Source of the DNA: Lingula anatina
Taxonomy: Eukaryota; Animalia; Brachiopoda
DNA length: 64,000 nucleotides
Direction: 5' to 3'
NCBI GenBank assembly: GCA_051362555.1
Contig: JBPQGU010000016.1
Span: forward strand, 5,208,001-5,272,000
Of this stretch, positions 54,676 to 64,000 are shown one piece after another. Within the stretch, counting starts at the first letter, position 1. Every line of letters begins with the position of its first letter. Position numbers and translations under genes: made by a program. A model generated the notes under the pieces. It saw only the letters and a program-made list of their open reading frames with translations. It had not been told where the DNA came from and did no database searches.

Positions 54676-56102
54676 ATGCCTTGTTTGGTGAAAGAGTTGT
54701 TTTTTCTCTCTCTCCTCACCGTTGGCATTTTGTCTTTAGTCCAAGATGACATCCGGGTCCTGCAGTCAGAGCTATACCGCATTAACTACTCTATCCATAT
54801 AATGTACCGTAAAATAAAAACAACGTGTCCTGGCTTTAACTTGGGATGGATCCCAATAGGACGCAGAAGTGTCAGGGTTGCTTCGGCCACAAGGCTTAAC
54901 ATAGAGCTGGAGTTGGCAGAGAGCACACTGGAGCACCTGATAACACAGTACAACGATTGTAAACTGGCTGCTTCATTCACAAAGAGCACCAGGAAACCTA
55001 CCACGAAACCCACTACTACCAGAGGGACCACAACAAGAACTACCACAACTACGCCAAGGACTACCACCACTACTAGACCTACGACCTCGTCTTCTACATG
55101 TGGTTCTACAGTGAAGTCTACTACAACTACTACCACATCTACTGCTAGGTCAACAGCACCTACTACTACATCTACTGCTAGGTCAACAGCAACTACTACT
55201 ACATTGAAACCTACGACAACTAGAGCGAAGTCTACAACAACAACAACAACACCTAGAACAACAACTTCTACCACATCTACAACTACCTCGACTACTACGC
55301 CAACAGCAACTGCTACCACATCTACAACTACCTCGACTACTACGCCAACAACAACTGCTACCACATCTACAACTACCTCGACTACTACGCCAACAACAAC
55401 TGCTACCACATCTACAACTACCTCGACTACTACGCCAACAACAACTGCTACCACATCTACAACTACCTCGACTACTACGCCAACAACAACTGCTACCACA
55501 TCTACAACTACCTCGACTACTACGCCAACAACAACTGCTACCACATCTACAACTACCTCGACTACTACGCCAACAACAACTGCTACCACATCTACAACTA
55601 CCTCGACTACTACGCCAACAACAACTGCTACCACATCTACAACTACCTCGACTACTACGCCAACAACAACCACCGAAGAACCAACAACAACCCCGAAATC
55701 TACCGTTACAACTACTGCAACCATAATCAGTACTTCCCCGACTCCAAACTCCACCAGGTCCAAAATTACCAATATACCCATTACTGTGGATCCAGGTAAG
55801 CATTTCATTATATAGATTAACACTTGCTTTAATCTTATCGTCTATCCTAGGTTAATATAGGACATTGTTTTCCAAAAATGATACATAATTAAAACGACTC
55901 AACATTACATTTTGAAATAGATTAAAAGACAAAAAGAATTTGTCGCCCTTAAACTTCGTTTGTAGATTCCACTTCTTAAAGGCCCCTGAATGCCTTTTAT
56001 TAAGTCGCTGTTATTCCGTACATCTGATTATTCATTTTATATTTAGGTTCATTTTTCTGAAGATTTCCGCGTCTGCACTGGGTTGGCCAGTAGCAGCAGC
56101 AA

Positions 56103-56137
<35 letters not shown>

Positions 56138-56140
56138 CAT

Positions 56141-56174
<34 letters not shown>

Positions 56175-57694
56175 AAGTAGTAGTAATAGTAGTAGTAGTA
56201 ACTAGTAGTAGTTCTATAGGTAGTAATGGCAGTATCACAGGGGACACTTGGCCGGGCTATCTCCAGCAGTTAACACATCAGCTATGATATGTTTTCCAAA
56301 GATCAACTACTGACTGACTGACTGATCTCTACTTTTATTTCACTGGCTGATAGATCTTGGGTCTCCTAAGACTGCATGGACAATCCAGCTATTGGTTCGA
56401 CTGACCAAACTAACTTTGATCTCTTATCTCTAATATCTGATGGCAATACAAAGTTCTTATCCTTACATACAAAGCACCCAAAATACATTACAGTGATTTC
56501 CTTCTTGAAGCTAATTAACAGAATTGAGACATATTGCAAGAGATCTTTAACATATACTGAGACTGAATTAAACCTAAACTAGGGGATGAAGCCATAAATG
56601 AAGTCATTCAATCCTTTTAAAACAGAAAACATAATTAAAGGAAAAGGAGGAGGAGAAGTAGTTGTAGAAGTTGTAGATGTAGTAGCAATAGTGGTTGTAG
56701 AGTATACATTTTTGTCAATATTTTTGGCGATTATTTATTTTTATTCATTTACGCAACTATCCATTAAGCCCACACATTTATTTTCAGCAAAACATGCGTT
56801 CCAAGTCCTCCGCACAGCCAACGTGACATACGAGGGCTACGCTTTCCTGGCCGTGGAAGTCAGGATTCCCGAAAACGGACGAAGCAAGTCGGAGTCTTGG
56901 TGCCGTGACTATCAGAACCTCTGTGAGGGGTTTGGACGCCGCCCCACGGGATGCGCGGGTCAGTTTGCTCCAGGGGAGCGCCCAATCTCAGTACTCTGCA
57001 TCGTGAGTACATTTGGATAAGTTTCACAAAATTCCTTTACCCAGAAAATTAGTCTATGTCCCAAACATTCAGATTTGGTCTGAAAGTTTCGGATTTACAT
57101 GTAGGCGTTTCAGGGCGGACGATGATCACTTGCACAAAATATCAATTTGTTTGCTTTGGCAATCATTGAACGTCTTCATCATTTTGTATTATATAAAAGA
57201 GATACAAATATCGCTGCCCTGTGTAAAAAGGATGCTCATCGTTGCTTTTTGTTTAGATCTGTACCCAACAGTTAGCCTATGTCTTACAATTAAAGACGAA
57301 AAAAGAAAAACGTTTGCTTAACATACTATATCCCTGAAAAAATCCTAACAATGGCATACATAACGCTACAGAAAAAAAAAAACAATGCATTTAATTTTTT
57401 TATAGATGTGAAATACTGTACAACTCAGACATGACAATCAACGGTCCACGCGGTGCGGAGGGCAACGGCGTTCTAGGGTGTGATCCAAGTGAAGGTGTCG
57501 CCACCGTTGCCAGGATGGCCTTCCCTAACTGCTATCCTCGAGGCCAGTTCAACACATTTGCCTTTCTTTATTGTAATACGGGGTACTGCAGTGACGTCAT
57601 TGCGAAGGGCTTATCCGTGTACTCATTTTGGTATATGAGAGGGTTTTACGATGCTGTTAACCCAACGAACATAATGTATACAGTCTGTCGCTAG
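54676..57694 (+). CDS. Uncharacterised secreted mucin-like protein, paralogue B, 3 exons, with an apparent +1 frameshift in exon 2 (~540 aa if corrected)
   Basis: Exons 54676-55795, 56788-57002 and 57406-57694. Signal-like MPCLVKELFFLSLLTVGILS and a long Thr-rich stalk. Shares IGRRS, WC.DYQNLCE.F.RRPT.CAG, NTFAFLYC and IMYT.C with paralogue A. The exon 2/3 phases match only if one base is removed, most plausibly a G at 56973-56976. Confidence 0.8.
55264..55670 (+). repeat. Coding 45-bp tandem repeat (TATTSTTTSTTTPTT), ~9 copies
   Basis: Unit ACTGCTACCACATCTACAACTACCTCGACTACTACGCCAACAACA is nearly invariant. Confidence 0.95.
56089..56222. repeat. Intronic (TAG)n microsatellite
   Basis: Imperfect GTA/TAG run in intron 1 of paralogue B. 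Confidence 0.9.
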
Positions 57695-58493
57695 TATTAC
57701 ATAGTGCGGCAATATATCAATTATGATATAATATATGGCAAAGATTGCCAAGGAATTTAAAAAGAAAAGAGGAAGAAAAGTATCGAAAAGGACGCGTTTG
57801 TGCGAGATTACATTCAATGAGGCACAATGATGAACATATGAGGTGAAATTGCCCGTCTCGTATCATCCGACATGGGTGTCTACACCTGAAAAGCACTTCC
57901 ATGTAAAGGGCATGTTGCCGTATTCAGCTAAACCAACATAACACTGCTGATGAGCCTATGAATGTCAAGTACTTTAAATAAATAAGGCCCTTTATATAAA
58001 GAAAGACTCCTATTTCTTCTATCCCTCTAGCTCAACTCCAATATCTCTTTGCCGCTCATTCAATTGTTTTGTGTAATTCCCATGGCAGACAACCCAGACT
58101 CCATGAGACCTAGCTTAGAACTCCTTTTAATGTGTGTGGTATATTAACTAAAAATTGCTTTTAAAACTTATTTTCTGTTCTCTGGTTATATTTTCACAAT
58201 ATGTTGCACTGACAACTTTCAATTTTCAATGGGTCACGATGAATGAGTACCTTGTAAATTGTCTGAAGGGACTGCTGATTTACTATTGGAGGCCATTTTT
58301 TACAATTTACTTATACTATATATGTCATATAGTAATCTTTAGGTGACATTTACAGCTATTAAACGCGTATAAACTAGAGGGTTTATCATAAAAGGGTATT
58401 TTTAGCGGCCATATTTTCAATTCAGGAATGTTCCTATAGCTAATTTTGCCTACAGTTTTATTCCCACAAATTTGCCAGATTTCATACTTGTAT

Positions 58494-58647
58494 GTTAAGG
58501 TTTCTTGGTAGGATTGGCGTTTGGGTTAGGTGTAAGGATTGGGGCTGGGTTGGGGTTAAGGTAAGGGTATTTTCATACTGGTAGGTTAAGGTTGCTTGGT
58601 AGGATTGGGGTGTGGGTTACGTTTCGCGTTAGGGTAAGGGTTAGGTA
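58494..58647. repeat. Degenerate TTAGGG-like G-rich tract, probably part of a dispersed repeat
   Basis: GGGTTAGG, GGGGTTAAGGTAAGGG and GTTAGGGTAAGGGTTAGG lie within a duplicated ~80-bp unit (TTTCATACT.GTA.GTTAAGGTT.CTTGGTAGGATTGG). Confidence 0.55.
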
Positions 58648-59053
58648 AAACTCGACGAAAGAAAACGTTGATTTAATATTGGAATCAATGTTGGGATATT
58701 GCTATCGAAAAGAAAATTGAATAATATTTTTTGTTGATTTAATAGTCAAAGAATGTTATCCTAGATGTCATTGAGCCAAAGAATACAGACAAATCGTTCT
58801 CCAGAAACTTCTATTTCTGATCGATGCAGATGCACTGTCACAATCGTAATGAGCACCAGCTGTAAGTGAATCGTGATATTTATATAATATGTCACAACCG
58901 CATTGAGCACCAGCTGTAAGTGAATCGTGATATTTATATAACATGTCACATTAGGTTGCGTGCGCTTTCTCCACTTTCGGGGGCAACACTAGTACACATC
59001 ATAGGAGGCAGAGGAGATCGTAATATTTTTTATTTTGATGCGTTACTACTGTA

Positions 59054-59112
59054 GGTGATGGTGATGGTGATGATGTTTTATTCAGTTTTCCAAGGCCTCC
59101 GGCCCATAGTAC

Positions 59113-59160
<48 letters not shown>

Positions 59161-62100
59161 TTAATAAAATAGTATAGTATTAAGGATTATTAATTTTGTC
59201 AGTGACTCAAAATTTCTTTTCTTAATAAAAAAGCATTATATATATAAGCAGCCAGATTTGCTATTAAATTTGTGTTTTTTGTAGCCATTAATCTTAAAAA
59301 ACTTTCTTTAGTAGGGTAATTCACTGGCAGATATTTTCCTCTTAATTCTGTATATGCTACACATGTCATTAAAAAATGGTATTCGTCTTCTACATCATAA
59401 ATATTATGTTTTTTTACAGATTAAACAGAGTCTATTGCATCTTTCTATACCTCTCCATCTACCGCTCTCAATATGTAGTAGGTGATTTGCGCATCTGAAT
59501 CTTGCTAGTGAGTTTCTATGTTTTACATTTTTAACACTTAATAGGTAACACTCCAGTGTTAACGTGCTCTTAAATAATGAATAAGTATCCAGTTTGCTGC
59601 TCTTACATATGTCACTGTGCCATATTTGGCCAGCATTATCTACTAATCTTTCTCTGAAAACTTTAAGAAATAAAACAGAATTTCCCACACCCTGAGCCTC
59701 CCAGACATATCCAAAGCCATATCTATATAACAACATTTTAACATCTGTGGCCCAAGTGTGCCTTCCACTTGAATCTAATTTAAATAGCATATCATATACA
59801 TGAGCAGAATAACGATCTTCATTCATATGTACAAGTTTTAACCAATATTTTATGCTATTTACCATATAATTGGTATACAATGGATATCTTCCGCATTCGC
59901 CTAGTACAGCTTCCGTCACAGTATTTGAACTAACACCTAATAAATATCTACAAAATTTTGCTTGGAAGATTTCAATACTTTCTACTGGTTTATAACCCCA
60001 TATCTCAGCACCATAGAAAAGAATGGGTGTTATCATTCTATCAAAGAGAAAGAAAGCTTCCTTAAAGGAAATACATGCTTGTTTTTTCAAATATAACTTA
60101 ACAACAAATAATGCTTTATTGGCTTGATTGATTTGATGTTGGATAGTTTTACCCCAACCGAGGAAGGCACCAAAATATGTTCCTAAGTATTTTGTATGCA
60201 GGTACTGCTTCTAAATTTTTGCCCTTGAAAAACCACCTTTCATTTTTCTTTATTTTACCACCTCTCCTAAATACTACTATTTTTGTCTTTTGGACATTTA
60301 CTAGCATACCATACTGACTGCAATATTTTTCTAATTGATGAATTTGTTTCTGTAACCCCCCAACAGTGTCTGAGATGCAAACAATGTCATCAGCATAGAG
60401 CAAAGACATGAGATTTGGAAACACCTCATTTATGTAAATACCCTGACATCCAGCTTTGTTCAAACTATGATAAAATTCATTTATGAATAATGTAAATAGA
60501 AAAGGACTTAGCATGCATCCTTGTCGAGTGCCCATGTTACATTTAAAATACTCAGTAAGACCTAAATTTGTTAGAACACATGATTGCAGTTGGGAATACA
60601 TAGAGCGTAAAACTGTGACGACATGTCCATTTACACGATTTTTTGCAAGTACATACCATAATAATTTATGTTGAACACTATCGAAAGCGGCTGAGAAATC
60701 TATAAAAATACAGTAGCATCTGCCTTTACTTCGACTTAAGTATTTTTGTACGCAACCCTGCAATGTAAAAATGTGATCGACAGTGGAGTAACCAATTTTA
60801 TAGGCAGCCTGAGCTTCAATCAATGTATTATTTTCCACTGCCCAATTATTAAACCTGTTACTCAAAATTTTCATGAATATTTTTCCCATGACATTCAAAA
60901 GGGCAATTCCTCTATAATTTGTTGCCACATTTACATTTCCTTTTTTGAGCAATGGGTACAGAATGGCATTGCACCAGCTAGAGGGAAATTTTCCACTTGT
61001 TAATACAGTGTTATAAAGATTTAATAACAGTGGTGATAAATGGTTGAAGGCATATTTAAACATTTCAATCACTAATCCATCTGGACCTGGAGATTTTCCA
61101 TTTTTCATGGTGCGTACAACATTTGATAGTTCATCCATGGTGAATGGCTCATTTAGAGTATTGCAACTGTTTAAAGGCTGTATGTGCTCAAACCATTCAC
61201 TATACTGTTCGATATATGTTATGAAGCTCTTTTCTGTGTCATTTACATTTTCATTTAATAACTTATAAAAATGATTTTGCCATGCTTGTGGGCTGATATT
61301 ATTCTTTTTAATAGACTGAGCACTTTTCAGAGACTTTATATAATTCCACATTTCCTTTGTGGTTTTTAAAGCGTGCAATTTCTCGACTTCTTTTGCAGTG
61401 TAAGAATTTTTCTTGGTTTCACAGAGTGCCTTAAACTTACTCTTACATTCCTTATATTTTTTAAAATCATTTTGATTATTTGACTTCCTGAAATCATTGA
61501 GACATTTGAATTTAAGTTGTTTTAATAGATCACATTCCTGGTCCCACCACCTAGGTTGATTTCTTTGAACTTTGCTTTCCCTGGATAAAAAGACAGTACC
61601 TGACCGTTGTAGTAGACCTTCTAACATTTGTTCAGCATTGTTCACATCATTCATCTGCAATAAGTAATTGAAATGGCCTAAACTAAAGATATTATTGTTT
61701 TGTAAATTATCAAGGAACCTATTTGCTTTTTTGTTGTTCCATTTGTACAGTTTGCGCTTGCATGTGCTGATTTCATTTTCGGGTTCATTTGAAACATCCC
61801 TGCACTGTATTTGACATGAAATGGGGAAATGATCTGATATATCTAAAGGTAGAACCTCAAATGTATCTACACACATGAAAAGGTCTGTATGTAACAAAAT
61901 ATAATCAACAACACTGCAGCCATTGTACTTTTGACATGTGAATTCACCTCCAATATCTGGTGCAATGCGGCCGTTTAACATGTGCATATTTTGACCTATA
62001 CATAGCTCTATCAAAGATCTTCCAAAATTATTTTCAGTGATGTCCTTTGAAACCCGTGGTATACAGAAATCATCCCCGTCATAAATTCCCTCAAGGTCAA

Positions 62101-62464
62101 GATGTTGTAAGCTGTCATCACAATAATCTGGCAAATTACCAGTTCGTGCATTTAAGTCCCCCATTAAGAATAGCTTTAAGTTCCCATACTTTGTGAAAAT
62201 TTCGAGTAGTACATTTTCTAACCTTTGAATACCATTTGTTTCATTTAAAGTGGTATACAGCACTGATCCCTCTGGAGCAATATATAGACAACCTAGTAAA
62301 ATATCTAAATCACTATTGAAAAAGTTCCCATCCAAAATTAGAAAAACCATATCGGTATAGGTATTTATAACATTTTTAACTAACTTAAGCAAGTGATTTT
62401 TGATAAAAATACACACTCCTCCTTTTCTTGTTAAGACCCTGGGTTTATCAAAAGAGGTGTGCAA
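59054..62464 (-). mobile_element. 5'-truncated non-LTR retrotransposon (APE-RT LINE, RTE-X-like by C-terminal motif)
   Basis: Partial endonuclease (GGVCIFIK, MGDLNARTG, VVDY, SDHFP), RT (KSPGPDG, NYRGIALL, FIDFSAAFDSV, GTRQGCMLSPFLF, LLYADD) and C-terminal HLLHIESGR...CLIC...EDEYHFLMTC. The 3' end has AATAAA and a CAT/CAC triplet tail at ~59056-59083. Single-base frameshifts at ~60190 and ~59410. Candidate TSD TACTACTGTA at 59044-59053 and 62486-62495. Confidence 0.93.
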
Positions 62465-62849
62465 ATCTGAAATTGTCTACTGTACTACTACTGTATTTAC
62501 TAGGTATATTTGTCCAAAATATTTCATTTAATCGTGGATAATTCAATCTTGGTGAGAGTTATTTTATCTAAAACGCTATCACACGATTGCATGGCATCCA
62601 CTTTCAATTGCTGTATGTGAGATAACACATTCTCTAATTGCGCAGTCGTTGAGAGTTTACTGTAGCAAAGATCAAACAAACAGGCCTGGTATAATGTCAG
62701 GAGTAATGATGGTACTGAGAATGATACATTCAGAATACACAATCATTAGAAAACTCTTGACAAAGCGTGGCTTTTCTGATAGCAGGACGATCACCATCTT
62801 TACTTTCGGTCATTCTCTTTGCATTTTCCAAGGAGCCAAATACTTCTAT

Positions 62850-63075
62850 CACCGTTCGATCCCAGCTACACCTTGCCCTTCACTTTCGTCTTTTACCAGG
62901 GCTGTTACTGTCCAAGCTGCCCTGCCTCATGACATGTCCATAGTATGACAGTATCTGCTTATTAACATACTGAACCAACCATTCGTGAGGGACATTCATC
63001 TCTTTTCTGGTGTCATCGTTTCTGTGTCGTTGGGTCCATGGGATTCTAAAGAGGGTCATTTTAATGCAGCTAGAC
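62850..63075 (-). mobile_element. Old RTE-clade LINE fragment (ORF C-terminus)
   Basis: RIPWTQRHRND...LSYYGHVMRQ...GKRRK resembles the post-RT region of RTE elements. Confidence 0.65.
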
Positions 63076-63612
63076 AAGCCTGGAGAAGTTGTCGGCGGTG
63101 CTGATCTATCTACAGAGGTTTTACCTCAGAGGTCGTCTTGCACAGCCTAGTCGGAGTTTTGTTTCATTATCTGAAGTTTTCATAATGAAATATATCAGTA
63201 CGGTGCATGCATTTTTTTCTTTTCAGTTTGGTTAAATTACTAGCAGTTGGTCGATTTTGATAGTTTATCTATTCGCTTTCCATCTTTTCAATTTTATTCT
63301 AATAATGGGTTTATTAATTTTATCATTACACTTTTGTATTATGGTAGATTGGTGTACAATGTAGTATATTAAGGTCGTTTTACATGGTTTGGGCTTCATA
63401 ATAAATATCAAAAATGGCAGCTGACCGTGAGCAGGTATGATGCCCGCACAGTTTGTACATGTACAGGTAGATAGTATGTACTGTTGGTGTTATTCTCATA
63501 AATGACTATAATTATTATTATTAGTGTTATTTATTATTTGTATATATGCCAGATTGAATTGATTTTTTATCGCCATCTCTGTGGCGCTGATGATTAAGCA
63601 CGTACAAGCGCG

Positions 63613-63647
<35 letters not shown>

Positions 63648-64000
63648 TCTAAATTGCAGCAGAGAAGATATTTTTGTTCTCCTCCAGATGGCGCTATAGA
63701 TCCCGGCAAAAACTGCTCAGATTGCAGCATGCAGTAGACCATATAAGGAAGAACCAGTGACCTACATAATGCCATTTTACTTTGGGGTGTGTAAGGGTCT
63801 GAAACTTAATTTATTTAATTCAATGTAGTGTATTTTGAAATATGTGGGAAACAAACGCTTCCTGAGCATGCTATTTAAGTACATTGTTAATCAAATTTTG
63901 TCTGTCAAATTATGGTTATTGATAAATAGAAAAGGCGGTTTTTCCTGCCTCATACCTCGATGGATCATTTGAAACCTGAACCCTTGGAAGAGATGTCACT

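Noticed and set aside
54786-55823. Val-rich 345-aa and Cys/Arg-rich 206-aa minus-strand ORFs
   Set aside because: They are antisense shadows of the Thr-repeat exon of paralogue B.
58836-58950. 54-bp two-copy tandem duplication
   Set aside because: Real, but an ordinary local duplication with no evident function.

Overview
AT-rich animal genomic DNA with spliceosomal introns and TTAGGG-type telomere repeat, most likely a non-vertebrate such as a lophotrochozoan (inference). Left to right: a ~365-bp satellite (1-4528); a decayed, intron-split DDE transposase, probably Kolobok-type, carrying nested MITEs; a 34-bp minisatellite; an intact dissatisfaction (NR2E) nuclear receptor gene; an intact JmjC/cupin oxygenase gene head-to-head with POLR2F (RPB6); a broken hAT transposase; an ~11-kb almost perfect (CCCTAA)n array with unique DNA on both sides; an RT-less Gypsy remnant; two paralogous genes for an unrecognised secreted protein (signal peptide, Cys-bracketed helical domain with GRR, Thr-rich stalk, Cys-rich domain) separated by VNTRs; a young 5'-truncated LINE; and an old RTE fragment. 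The best leads are the internal telomere-length array, which may sit inside one hAT element, the secreted gene pair, and a possible transposon-end origin of the satellite. Exon structures were read by hand from splice sites and frame continuity. Family names come from recalled motifs, not database searches.
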